DNA of 64,000 nucleotides from Desulfosudaceae bacterium (GTDB lineage: Bacteria > Desulfobacterota > Desulfobacteria > Desulfobacterales > Desulfosudaceae), in the NCBI GenBank assembly GCA_963674745.2, contig CAXXDV010000001.1:2016001-2080000 (forward strand), in the 5' to 3' direction. The translations under genes were made by a program, and so were the position numbers. Shown one piece after another: positions 28,958 to 38,554 of the stretch. Position 1 is the first letter of the stretch. The number at the start of each line of letters is the position of its first letter. Below the pieces are notes generated by a model that was not told where the DNA came from, searched no databases, and was given only the letters and a program-made list of their open reading frames with translations.

Positions 28958-31084
28958 CTATTTCGCCTGTTGCACGTCAAAAGTGTCTTCGGTAACCCCT
29001 TCTCTTTCCAGAATCCGCTTGATGATCCGGTGAGAATTCGTTTTGGTGAATTCATCGACGATGCGGATATATCGAGGGATCGCGAATCTGGCCAGTTTAT
29101 CGGATAGAAAACCGATCAGGTCGGCCGGTTTCAGGGATTTGCCGTCCACCAGGCGGATGGATGCCATGATTTCGTCTTCGGCCAGTTCCGACGGAACGGC
29201 ATAAACAGCCACTTCTTCCACGGCCGGGTGTTCCATGATGACCTGTTCGACCTCATAGGCTGATACGTTTTCACCGCCTTTTCTCATGGACTCGGTATTG
29301 CGGCCGACAAAATAAAGAAAACCGTTGACGTCCTCTTTGACCAGGTCGCCGGTACGCAACCAGCCATCACCGGATTTTTTCTTTGAGGCTTCTTCGTTCT
29401 TGTAGTATTCGACACGGCTTTTTTCTTTCTTGGCTTCAAAGATAAGCTCGCCGGGAACGCCGGTGGGGACATCAAAGCCCCGTTCGTCGACCAGCCGGTA
29501 TTTAACCATCCGTGGTATTTTTCCCAGGGCGCCGACCGGCGCGTTCCCGAAATTGAAAATGCCTTTGCCGCCGCCGTCGATGGCCCCGTAGGCTTCATAA
29601 AGCTGGACCCCGAACCGCTTTTCAAACGGCGCCCACATCTCGGGCGGACAACCGGCGGAGTTGATGAACCGCACTTTGTTCTGTGAATCGGTCGGTTTTT
29701 CGGGTTGTTTCATGAGAATCGGAATGATCGAGCCGATGGTGTTGAAAACCGTCACATCGTATTTGCGAATGTCGTCCCAGAAGCCGCTGGCCGAGAATTT
29801 TCGGGCCAGGGCCAGGGTGCCCTGGATCCCCATGGTCATGGTGGTTGTCGCCAGCAGGGCGTTGCCGTGACACAGCGCGAAGGCGGTGTAATATACGTCG
29901 TCCTTTTTGAGCATCAGGTGGGATACCAGGCACATCAGGGTAACCGAGCTTTTTCTGTAGCGATAGACGACGCCTTTTGGCGGTCCGGTGGTGCCGGACG
30001 TGTACATGAGCATACAGATGTCATCGGGATTATAGCCGATGCCCGGATTTTTATCCGGAAAATCGGTATAGGCCCGGTTTAATTTGAGCATCCCCTCAGG
30101 CACAGGTATGCCGTCGGCTTCGGTTTCCACGTCATTGACGATAATGGCTTTTGTGTTTTCGAATTTTTCGACAGCCGGTTCAACCGAGTTCAGCAGTTCG
30201 GCGTCGACCACCAGAAAATCGATGTCACTGTGGTTGACCACATAGGCCAGGCCGTCGGCTTTGAGCTCGGGGTTGATGGTTACGGCATACATGCCGATTT
30301 TCTGGCAACCAAAGAAGATGTCCAAAAAGCGGGGGGAGTTTTTAAGCAGAATGCCCACGCCTCGCCCCTGTCCGCCGCCGAGATCAAGCAGAAAGTTGGC
30401 CATCCGGTTGGCGTTGTCGTCCATGGCACGATAGGTGTAGGCTTCTTCCCGGTAAAGCAGAAATGTTTTGTCCGGTACATCGGTGGCGTTCCTTTCAAGC
30501 AGGTCCGCCCAGGAAATGTCATCCGCCTTTTTACCCATGACGCGTTTCAGTGTGCCCCCCAAACGCCCTTTTTGGGCTTCTTTGGTGAAAAAGGAACTTA
30601 TGCCCACCATAGCCCGTCCGGCCATTTGGAGGCCGTTTTTGCGCATCCGCAATTTGTCGGCAAGCCCGTAGGTCGGGTGCAGCATATTCGGATCGGGTTC
30701 CGGCGTTTCGACGGCCTCTGTTTCATCTGTTTCCAGATACAGCTTCGGGTAGACCATTTCGCCGGACTGGGACAGCCGCTGATAAAAAAAGCCCGGGTTG
30801 AACCAGCGCTCGATAGTAATGGCCCCTTCGGGGCAGGCGGCCAGACAGCAGCCGCAGGAAATACAGTTGGTGACGCCGGGTGCCGCGGCACTCAACCAGG
30901 GCAGGCCGTCTTTCCATTTCATGGGGCCTTTGTCGCTTTTGATGGAACGGGCCGGACAGATGAACGTACAGATACCGCAGCGCTTGCATGTTTCGTCGTT
31001 AAAGGCCAGCATGCCGGTCGTCATTTCGTCCGGATCGATATAGTCGGGTATTTTCGTCCAGGGCTTTACATTTAAATGATTCAT
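28958..31084 (-). CDS. fusion of 2x[4Fe-4S] ferredoxin and acyl-CoA ligase (CaiC-like)
   Basis: N-terminal CKRCGICTFICP and CISCGCCLAACP; YTSGTTGPPKG, EAYG, TGD and GGENVSAYEVE motifs. Confidence 0.88.
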   Translation of the reverse strand: MNHLNVKPWTKIPDYIDPDEMTTGMLAFNDETCKRCGICTFICPARSIKSDKGPMKWKDGLPWLSAAAPGVTNCISCGCCLAACPEGAITIERWFNPGFFYQRLSQSGEMVYPKLYLETDETEAVETPEPDPNMLHPTYGLADKLRMRKNGLQMAGRAMVGISSFFTKEAQKGRLGGTLKRVMGKKADDISWADLLERNATDVPDKTFLLYREEAYTYRAMDDNANRMANFLLDLGGGQGRGVGILLKNSPRFLDIFFGCQKIGMYAVTINPELKADGLAYVVNHSDIDFLVVDAELLNSVEPAVEKFENTKAIIVNDVETEADGIPVPEGMLKLNRAYTDFPDKNPGIGYNPDDICMLMYTSGTTGPPKGVVYRYRKSSVTLMCLVSHLMLKKDDVYYTAFALCHGNALLATTTMTMGIQGTLALARKFSASGFWDDIRKYDVTVFNTIGSIIPILMKQPEKPTDSQNKVRFINSAGCPPEMWAPFEKRFGVQLYEAYGAIDGGGKGIFNFGNAPVGALGKIPRMVKYRLVDERGFDVPTGVPGELIFEAKKEKSRVEYYKNEEASKKKSGDGWLRTGDLVKEDVNGFLYFVGRNTESMRKGGENVSAYEVEQVIMEHPAVEEVAVYAVPSELAEDEIMASIRLVDGKSLKPADLIGFLSDKLARFAIPRYIRIVDEFTKTNSHRIIKRILEREGVTEDTFDVQQAK

Positions 31085-31821
31085 TATTCCCCCTGCATTT
31101 CAATTCTGGGCGGTGTTTCCAGGCCGCCTTCAAACCACTGCACCATTTGTTTTTCCCGGGGCACCTGGCCGTCGGCCTTGACTTTGGGCCAGCCCACGGC
31201 AATGCAGTCGTTTAATTTATAAGGATACTTGACGCCGAATATTTTTTTCCATTTGGGGTAATACATGAGCAGCTTGATCATGCCCAGCCAGCAGGTGCCG
31301 GCACCCATGCTGTGGGCCGCCAGGACCATGTTCTGACCGCAGATACCGATATCGGTCGGCGGGCACGACACCCCCCGCCGGTCTTCCAGAAGCAGTATCA
31401 GGGTCGGGGCATGGTGAAAAACCGGACATTCATCGTTGGCAATGCTTCGCAAAAGCCCCATGGGAACCGGATGCAGTTCATTGTAGCTGCTACGGATGAT
31501 CAGTTTGGTCAGGGGCTTTAAAAAACGCCTGCGCATGGGGCTGCGGGTGTAATCAATACACCACATCATCCGTTTGGTGATTTTAACGGCGTCTTTTTCC
31601 ATTTCCGCCAGCATTTCCGGGCTTTTAACCACAATGAATTTCCAGGGCTGGGCGTTACCGGCCGACGGCGCATATCGTCCGGCTTCCAGGATCCTTCGGA
31701 TCATGAAATCCGGCAGGGGCTCTTTTTTAAAGGCCCGGATACTGCGCCGTTTGAGAATCACTTCTTCCACCGGCGTCCATTGGGCCAGGTCCGGTTTGTC
31801 TGATTTTTTCTTTTTGGGCAT
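31084..31821 (-). CDS. nitroreductase family protein
   Basis: RRSIR, APSAGNAQPW and QNMVLAAHSMG motifs; TAATG overlap with the next gene. Confidence 0.9.
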   Translation of the reverse strand: MPKKKKSDKPDLAQWTPVEEVILKRRSIRAFKKEPLPDFMIRRILEAGRYAPSAGNAQPWKFIVVKSPEMLAEMEKDAVKITKRMMWCIDYTRSPMRRRFLKPLTKLIIRSSYNELHPVPMGLLRSIANDECPVFHHAPTLILLLEDRRGVSCPPTDIGICGQNMVLAAHSMGAGTCWLGMIKLLMYYPKWKKIFGVKYPYKLNDCIAVGWPKVKADGQVPREKQMVQWFEGGLETPPRIEMQGE

Positions 31822-31904
31822 GGTCAGGCTCCTTGGTTGAATTCGGGTATGGCTGCTGTCTGTATTGTTACCATATTTTCAAAACCGCCACACGGATAAT
31901 TTGC

Positions 31905-33314
31905 TTACTTGCCGGGTGCTTCAAGGATGTGCATGCACATGGCCGCTTCTTCGCTTCCCAGGGCACCGCCGCCGTTTTCCGCGATGGCCATCCGGCAGTC
32001 GGCCACCTGCCGTTTTCCGGCTTCACCCCGAAGCTGGCAGATCAGCTCAAAAAGCTGTGCCAACCCGGAGGCGCCGATGGGATGACCGCGGGACGTCAGG
32101 CCGCCGCTGGTATTGATGGGAATTTTACCGTCAAGGCGGGTGGCGCCGGATTCGGCCAGCCGTCCGCCTTCCCCCCGGGGACAGAAGCCGAGGTTCTCGG
32201 CCTGCACCAGCTCACCGTAAGCGGTGGCGTCGTGCACTTCGGCCATGCTCATGTCTTCCGGCCCCAGTCCGGATACCTCGTAGGCCTTTTTTGCCAGTCG
32301 TTCGCCGATATCCGGCTTATCGGAATCAATTTCTCTGTTTTGGCCGGAACCCAGAATGGAGGCCCGTATCCGGACGGCCCGGGACGACAGGCCCAGGCGT
32401 TTGACCACTTCCTCCGAGCAGACAATGGCGGAAGCCGCACCGTCACCGATGGGCGCGCACATGGAACGTGTCAGGGGAAAACTGACAATCCGGTCGGCCA
32501 GAACCTTTTCCACCGGCACCTCAAAGGTATACTGGGCGTTTGGGTTCAGGGTGCTGTTGAAATGGTTCTTGGAAGCAATTTGGGCCAGCTGTTCTATGGT
32601 GCTGCCGTACTTGCGCATGTGCTGGCGGGCGGCAAACCCGTATACATCCATAAACGGTGAATGATCCCCGGCGGAAAGCTTACTCATTTTTCTGACCGCG
32701 TTATATCCCAGCCGTTCGCCCAGTTGAATGGCGACGGTGAGCTGGTCCTTGGTCTCTTTTATCCGGTCTTTGATGGGTTTTTTCCGCTTTTTCCCCCGGC
32801 TGCCGTCGTCCACGGGCGGCTGGTATTTCTGTTTGAACGCTTCTAAGGCCTTTTTCTCTTCATCATTCAATGAATAAACGGACAGGCTTTCGGCGATCTC
32901 CACGCAGTTTTCAAAATCAATACCGCCCAGGAATCCGGCGAATATGGCCGACTTGTTGGTGCTGTATAATTTTTCCGCGCCCACCGCCATGGTGACATCG
33001 TACAGCCCGCTGGCTACGCCCAACCATGCATGATGAAAGGCCGTAGACCCGCTGGCACAGGCATTCTCAACATTGGTAATGGGAATGGTATCAATGCCGA
33101 TGGGACGCAGGGCCACCTGGCCGCGGATACAATCCTGACCGCCGCCGTAGCCCCACCCGGAGTTTGAAAACCAGAGGGCCTGTATCTCCTTTTTTTCAAG
33201 CCCGGCATCTTCCAGGCAACCATGAACCGTCATGGCGGAAAGGTCCTTTATGCTTTTGTCAAGGTACTTGGCGAACTTGATCATGTGTGAACCGACAACA
33301 TAAACATCTCTCAT
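31905..33314 (-). CDS. SCP2/SCP-x-type thiolase family protein
   Basis: NVENACASGS, DGAAS, EVHDA and GHPIGASG motifs. Confidence 0.9.
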   Translation of the reverse strand: MRDVYVVGSHMIKFAKYLDKSIKDLSAMTVHGCLEDAGLEKKEIQALWFSNSGWGYGGGQDCIRGQVALRPIGIDTIPITNVENACASGSTAFHHAWLGVASGLYDVTMAVGAEKLYSTNKSAIFAGFLGGIDFENCVEIAESLSVYSLNDEEKKALEAFKQKYQPPVDDGSRGKKRKKPIKDRIKETKDQLTVAIQLGERLGYNAVRKMSKLSAGDHSPFMDVYGFAARQHMRKYGSTIEQLAQIASKNHFNSTLNPNAQYTFEVPVEKVLADRIVSFPLTRSMCAPIGDGAASAIVCSEEVVKRLGLSSRAVRIRASILGSGQNREIDSDKPDIGERLAKKAYEVSGLGPEDMSMAEVHDATAYGELVQAENLGFCPRGEGGRLAESGATRLDGKIPINTSGGLTSRGHPIGASGLAQLFELICQLRGEAGKRQVADCRMAIAENGGGALGSEEAAMCMHILEAPGK

Positions 33315-33368
33315 ATTATCACCTCGTTGTTTGCTTTGGGTCTTGGAAATGTCATTCTAAATTTTCAT

Positions 33369-33397
33369 TTTATAGCCTGCTGCATGCTGTTTGTCAA
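33369..33397 (-). promoter_or_regulatory. sigma70-type promoter of the thiolase operon
   Basis: TTGACA-N17-TATAAA on the minus strand. Confidence 0.65.
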
Positions 33398-33559
33398 TCA
33401 AAATTCTACGATCGCAAAAGAAAAATGCAATACTTTGTTTTTTGGTAAAAACTGTTTTTTTATGGGGCAGGACAGGTCGCCGGAAACGGCACTGGCAGTA
33501 CGTGAAAATCCGAAGGGTGCCGTGCAACGCAGAGATTGGGCTTTTTAAGAAACCAGCAA

Positions 33560-34264
33560 TTATGCGGCAGTCATAAAGGGTGAAACGCCCAGGTAAATGC
33601 CGAAGCCGGCCATAAAAATCGCGCAGCAACCCAGGATACCGTAGTATACTTTCCGATTCAGTCGGCGCACCCCCCAGAAGGAAAGGACAGAAACAAGAAA
33701 ATACCAGGCCAGGTCACCGGCCTCGTGACCGATAAAAAAGGCCAGAAAACCCGACAGGTTGTTAAACGATACATTGAATTCCATCATAAAGGCAAAACCG
33801 ATGGTCGCCCACCATATCCACCAGTAAGGGTTGGACATGGACACCAGGGCGCCGCCCGCAACCGGGTTGCCCAGCAGGCGTTTGGTCCGGGCCGGGTTGC
33901 CGGTTGATTCCGGGGCCGGTACTTCATCATTAAACTCATCGGGTATTCGTTCCCGATACAAATCCCGAAGAATCGACAAGCCAAACAGGACCAGTACGAT
34001 GCCGCCGGTCACCCCGATCATTTTGGCGGTGATCTCTTTCTGCATAAAAGAGGAGAAATCGGCCAGCAGCAAAAGCAGAAGGATAATGGCCGCTTCAATC
34101 AGGGCATGCCCGGTAATGACCCATACGCCGACCAGGTAACCCCTTTTGCGTGCGCGGGCGGATTTGACAATAGTATAGGTCAATAACGGACCCGGAGCCA
34201 TGGCACCGGTCAAAGCGACCACAAAGGACAAACCCATAATAGTGAAGAAAAAAGGTGGTTCCAT
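33560..34264 (-). CDS. LysE-family translocator
   Basis: GAMAPGP, GHALIE, SNPYWWIWW and GHE motifs; multiple TM segments. Confidence 0.85.
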   Translation of the reverse strand: MEPPFFFTIMGLSFVVALTGAMAPGPLLTYTIVKSARARKRGYLVGVWVITGHALIEAAIILLLLLLADFSSFMQKEITAKMIGVTGGIVLVLFGLSILRDLYRERIPDEFNDEVPAPESTGNPARTKRLLGNPVAGGALVSMSNPYWWIWWATIGFAFMMEFNVSFNNLSGFLAFFIGHEAGDLAWYFLVSVLSFWGVRRLNRKVYYGILGCCAIFMAGFGIYLGVSPFMTAA

Positions 34265-34433
34265 CAGGATGCCAAATTGTCAAGAAATAGAATTTCTGTT
34301 TTCCAGGTAGTAAGCGGCCTGAATATTAAGCAGCGACTTTTCAGTAAAAACAGATGGTATTAGATATCATTCGGTTGAGCTGTTTAACTTCGGTGTTGAT
34401 GGTACCCGAGCGAGATCACAAAAATTATGCGCC

Positions 34434-34580
34434 TAAAACTTAACACCTAACACCTTAAAACCAGGAACTTTAATGTAACAAAAAAACTCAAATTGCCTAT
34501 AAGTTACATAATCACTTAACCACTTAATCACTTAACCACTTAATCACATAACCACCTAAAACTTTAACACTCTAAAACGC
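34434..34580. repeat. 7-8-nt tandem repeat arrays, including 9 consecutive octamer units at 34509-34580
   Basis: taatcact taaccact taatcact taaccact taatcaca taaccacc taaaactt taacactc taaaacgc. Confidence 0.8.
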
Positions 34581-34649
34581 TTTCCTGATAGCAGTTTCAG
34601 GGCTGGTGCCAAAAAACGGCCGTCCGGGACGACGCTGATCGGGGACGAG

Positions 34650-35192
34650 TCAAAACCGCTCATAATGGGTAAATTCTTCGATCTCCCGGCGTTTAGGGGC
34701 TTTGGATGGTTTGGCCGGATAACCGACGGGAATCATGGTGACCACTTCGTATCCTTCGGGCACACCGAGAACCCCGGCCACTTTGTTGTGATCAAACAGG
34801 CCCATGACAACCGCTCCCAGCCCCATGTCCTGGGCCTGGAGGCAGATATTCTGGGCGGCAACACCAATGTCGAACATGAACCAGTCGCCGAATTTGGTCG
34901 TGACGACATCCTTATAAAAACCGGAGCTTTTCAGCTTGGCGCACACGATCAGCACCACCGGTGCCGCAATCACCGATTTCTGGGCGGGATTGCCTTTGAG
35001 AACCGCTTCGGCAAGCTGTTCTTTTGTGGCCTGTTCACGAACCACGATGACTTCCCAGCACTGGGTGTTGGCCCAGGACTGGGCCCATTGGACCGATTCA
35101 AGCAGTTCTTTGACCGCTTCTTCGGAAACGGGTTTGTCCTCATATTTTCTGACGCTTCTTCTGTTTTTGATCGCTTCCATGACACAACTCAT
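34650..35192 (-). CDS. nitroreductase family protein
   Basis: RRSVRKY, SWANTQCW, QNICL and GYP motifs. Confidence 0.9.
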   Translation of the reverse strand: MSCVMEAIKNRRSVRKYEDKPVSEEAVKELLESVQWAQSWANTQCWEVIVVREQATKEQLAEAVLKGNPAQKSVIAAPVVLIVCAKLKSSGFYKDVVTTKFGDWFMFDIGVAAQNICLQAQDMGLGAVVMGLFDHNKVAGVLGVPEGYEVVTMIPVGYPAKPSKAPKRREIEEFTHYERF

Positions 35193-35234
35193 GACGCCCT
35201 CCTCTATTTTGACGGTTGCTCCAAATTACCCGGG

Positions 35235-35945
35235 TTATACCAGACGCCCCCGTTCGATATATTCCACATCTTCGACTTCAATGGCATGAACAATATGGCG
35301 GTTCATGCGGCGCTTCATTTCGCCGACGGTTTTTCTGTCTTTGTTGAATTTTTTGGCAAAGGTCATGGTTTCGTTCATCAAATCATCAAGGTGACAGGCT
35401 TTGGTGATGATATGATGCGCTTCACATTCCTCGGCGGTCAAGCGGGCGCCAAGGTATTGCATTTCGTCCATTTTATAAAGCGGAATGGCTGATTTGAGCA
35501 GTTCCAGCATGCCCGGCAGAAAGGGAATGCCCAGATCCACTTCCGGAAAGCAGAAAAAGCCCCGGTCGGACCGCATCAGCCGGAAATCAAAAGCGCACGA
35601 CAGGATAGCGCCGCCGGCAAAGGCATGGCCGGAAATGGCCGCGATGGTGATCATGGGGCTGGTCACCAGCCGTTTGAACATGTCGTTCTGTTTGTAAAGG
35701 AAGTTTTTAACCTCATCGACCTGACCGGCATTAATGAAACCGGACAGCCAGTCCAGGTCGATGCCGTTTGAGAATATTTTTTCATGAGAAGAGGTGACAA
35801 TCATGGTGAGGGCGCTGGTTTCGTTCTCAATCTTATCCATGACGGATAAAAACGCCTCCAGAAAGTCATTGTTGAATCGATTCTCGCCGTCGTTTAAAGA
35901 TACAACCGCCACCTCGTTTTCCAGCGTGTAGGTAACCTTGTCCAT
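35235..35945 (-). CDS. enoyl-CoA hydratase/isomerase family protein
   Basis: FSNGIDL, GHAFAGG, DFR and FPEVDLG motifs. Confidence 0.9.
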   Translation of the reverse strand: MDKVTYTLENEVAVVSLNDGENRFNNDFLEAFLSVMDKIENETSALTMIVTSSHEKIFSNGIDLDWLSGFINAGQVDEVKNFLYKQNDMFKRLVTSPMITIAAISGHAFAGGAILSCAFDFRLMRSDRGFFCFPEVDLGIPFLPGMLELLKSAIPLYKMDEMQYLGARLTAEECEAHHIITKACHLDDLMNETMTFAKKFNKDRKTVGEMKRRMNRHIVHAIEVEDVEYIERGRLV

Positions 35946-36038
35946 AGCTTCTCCTTGCGTATGATAGTCCGGAATTTAAGCCGTCAGATATAAAAAAATT
36001 TAACTATCATGAAAGCGTCTGAACGTCAATCTTGCAAC

Positions 36039-36080
36039 AAAAAACAAAACCCGCCCCATCACTGCGTGATGAAGCGGGTT
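36039..36080 (-). terminator. Rho-independent terminator after the HesB-like gene
   Basis: Minus strand AACCCGCTTCATCAC-GCA-GTGATGGGGCGGGTT followed by TTGTTTTTTG. Confidence 0.75.
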
Positions 36081-36102
36081 CATGAATATATATTAGATTA
36101 GA

Positions 36103-36423
36103 TCAGCTGCAGCAGGAACCTTTATCGCCGCAACTGCCGCATCCCTGACCCAGATCAATACTGGACGAGATGGCAAATCCGTAATTGGTAAAATCAACCT
36201 TGACCGGTTTTGCCTTTTCCAGGAAAACCGTGTCAACGACAAACTGGTAATTACCAATATCATGGACCGTGTCAGTATCTTTTGGCTCATCCAGAGCCAT
36301 TGCAAAAGATGGTCCGCCTCAACCGCCTTCGTTCAGAAAGATTCTTATGGGAGAAACCTCTCTGTCCTTGAAATATTCGCCGATCTGCTCTTGCGCAGGG
36401 GCTGTCACTTCAACGTCACTCAT
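36103..36423 (-). CDS. HesB/IscA-like selenoprotein (Sec at codon 35, 106 aa)
   Basis: AGGAGG RBS and ATG at 36423; MSDVEVTAPAQEQIGEYFKDREVSPIRIFLNEGG-TGA-GGPSFAMALDE continues in frame into the 36103-36300 ORF. Confidence 0.9.
36278..36309 (-). promoter_or_regulatory. putative bacterial SECIS hairpin
   Basis: UCUUUU-GCAA-UGGCUC-UGGAU-GAGCCA-AAGA starting about 10 nt after the in-frame UGA. Confidence 0.7.
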
Positions 36424-36598
36424 TATAACCTCCTGAAAACATAAAATTAACCGGGATAAGTCCCTGGCCTGTCTTGTTAAAACGCCAGTTACTGTCCGGC
36501 AGTTTCAACGCTCTTTGTGTTATAAGTTAAGAATCAACCCACAGGTTGTCAACCATAATCTGTTAAGTGTTTGAAAATATTGAAATAACCTGAAGGGT

Positions 36599-37126
36599 TT
36601 ACATAACTTCATTCATAATCTGCTGATATGTATCAAAATCGTGTTTTGAGAACACCGCCAGCACAATTTTTTCAATGTCCGGGTATTTTTTAAGGCAATC
36701 ACATATGGTTGTTACGGCAATTCGGCAGGCTTTTTTTATCGGATAACCGTAGACACCGCAACTGATGGCCGGAAAAGCAACTGACGATAACTGATGATCA
36801 GCTGCCAGCGCCAGGCTGTTTTCGTAGCAGGCGGCCAGCAGGCGGGGGACCTCCGGGTTGCTCCGGCTGTATACCGGGCCCACCGTATGAATGACATGTT
36901 TTGCCGGGAGGTTATAGCCTTTGGTAATTTTGGCTTCTCCGGTGAGACATCCGCCCAGCGTCCGGCACTCGTCCAGAAGTTCAGGGCCGGCCGCGCGATG
37001 AATGGCACCGTCCACACCGCCGCCGCCCAGAAGGCTTTTATTGGCGGCATTGACAATGGCATCAACTTCCAGGGTGGTGATGTCGCCCTGCCAGATGTTG
37101 ATTTTATTAGGTTTTTGTTGGCTCAT
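36599..37126 (-). CDS. macrodomain O-acetyl-ADP-ribose deacetylase (YmdB-like)
   Basis: GDIT, AIVNAAN..LLGGGGVDGAIH, HTVGP and FPAISCGVYGYP motifs. Confidence 0.92.
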   Translation of the reverse strand: MSQQKPNKINIWQGDITTLEVDAIVNAANKSLLGGGGVDGAIHRAAGPELLDECRTLGGCLTGEAKITKGYNLPAKHVIHTVGPVYSRSNPEVPRLLAACYENSLALAADHQLSSVAFPAISCGVYGYPIKKACRIAVTTICDCLKKYPDIEKIVLAVFSKHDFDTYQQIMNEVM

Positions 37127-37280
37127 ATGGCTTTTCCACGTATATTTTTGAATCATATCATATTTATCGGAAAAAATCAAAAAAAATGAATTACGACGGC
37201 CTGTTGTCTTCCCGGTTGACTTGGCCGGCTGATTCAGGTATCAGGCATTAAACTTGAAATGAAAATAAGGAGATGTGATT

Positions 37281-37697
37281 ATGGAACAGACACTGTCGAT
37301 TATCAAACCGGACGCGGTCGAGCGCGGACTCATCGGGGATGTTGTCAAGCGGTTGGAAAAAGAAGGCTTTATCATTGCCGCCATGAAAATGATTCATATG
37401 ACCAAGGCCCAGGTTGAAGGGTTTTACGCCGTCCATCGGGAACGTCCCTTTTTTGGCAGCCTGACCGACTTTATGTGCTCCGGGCCTTGCGTGGTGATGG
37501 TGCTCAAAGGGGATGACGTTATTAAACGCTATCGGGATGTCATGGGCGCCACCAATTACAAAGATGCCGCCGAAGGCACCCTTCGCCGGGAATTTGCCAC
37601 GGACATCGAAAAGAACGTGGTTCATGGTTCAGATGCCCCGGACACGGCTGCCTTTGAAATCGGATATTTTTTCAACGCTTTTGAAATCGTCAAATAA
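37281..37697 (+). CDS. ndk: nucleoside diphosphate kinase
   Basis: IIKPDAV, HRERPFF, GTLR and NVVHGSD motifs. Confidence 0.97.
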   Translation: MEQTLSIIKPDAVERGLIGDVVKRLEKEGFIIAAMKMIHMTKAQVEGFYAVHRERPFFGSLTDFMCSGPCVVMVLKGDDVIKRYRDVMGATNYKDAAEGTLRREFATDIEKNVVHGSDAPDTAAFEIGYFFNAFEIVK

Positions 37698-38455
37698 TGA
37701 CCCTGCCAGCCGTTTTGGAAAACACGGCCATTATCCTGGTACGGCCCCGGTTTCCGGAGAATATCGGGGCCTGTTGCCGGGCCGTCAGGAATATGGGCAT
37801 CGGCCGTCTGATTGTCGTGGCCCCTGAAAATTTCGACCGCCATCGGATTGAAAGAATGGCCACCCATGCCGCGGCCGACGTGGTAGAAGCCATTGCTGTT
37901 TGTGATACGGTGGAGGAGGCCGTTTCGCCGTTCACCTATATTGCCGGCACCACCGCCCGCCAGGGCAAGCAACGACAGATGGTGCTCTCCCCGGATCAAA
38001 TGGCCCGAAAACTCGTGTCCCTCGGTTCGGACAATAAAATGGCCATAATGTTCGGGCCCGAAGACCGGGGTCTGGAAAACAACGAACTCCGGTATTGCCA
38101 CAACCTGATCACCATTTCGACAGCGGAATTTTCTTCGCTCAACCTGGCCCAGGCGGTCATGATTGTCTGTTACGAAATTTTTCGTGCCGCCGCCACGCGG
38201 GAAGCGGAATTCCAGCCCCGCCTCGCCACCCACCACGAACTGGAAGGTATGTACGGCCATCTGAGAGACGCGCTGATCAAGATCGATTTTGTTAATCGTG
38301 ATAATCCCGATTACTGGATGAACAACTTCCGCCGGTTTTTTGCCCGTGTCGGCCTGACCGCCAAGGAGGTTCGGCTGGTTCGCGGTATCTGTCGGCAGAT
38401 CAACTGGTATGGGAATAAGCGCTATGAAGATGGCAAAAAAGAAAGCGCCCGCTGA
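37697..38455 (+). CDS. trmJ: TrmJ/LasT-family RNA methyltransferase
   Basis: PENIG, GTTAR, FGPEDRGL.N.EL and SSLNLAQAV motifs. Confidence 0.85.
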   Translation: MTLPAVLENTAIILVRPRFPENIGACCRAVRNMGIGRLIVVAPENFDRHRIERMATHAAADVVEAIAVCDTVEEAVSPFTYIAGTTARQGKQRQMVLSPDQMARKLVSLGSDNKMAIMFGPEDRGLENNELRYCHNLITISTAEFSSLNLAQAVMIVCYEIFRAAATREAEFQPRLATHHELEGMYGHLRDALIKIDFVNRDNPDYWMNNFRRFFARVGLTAKEVRLVRGICRQINWYGNKRYEDGKKESAR

Positions 38456-38501
38456 AAATTGTCTTTTGACCACCTCTGCAAGGCACAGGACGCAAATCCA
38501 T

Positions 38502-38525
38502 GTAGGGGCACGGCGTGCCGTGCCC
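38502..38525 (+). repeat. GTAG-type REP element
   Basis: GTAG followed by palindrome GGGCACGGC-GT-GCCGTGCCC, between convergent genes. Confidence 0.65.
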
Positions 38526-38554
38526 GATCATCGCCGAAGGACGAAAGATTCAGG

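Noticed and set aside
34509..34580. Octamer arrays as a CRISPR array
   Set aside because: Units are 8 nt with no unique spacers, and no cas genes were recognised.
36599..37126. Macrodomain gene as part of an anti-phage or toxin-antitoxin system
   Set aside because: Stand-alone YmdB-like gene among housekeeping genes, with no partner toxin or effector.
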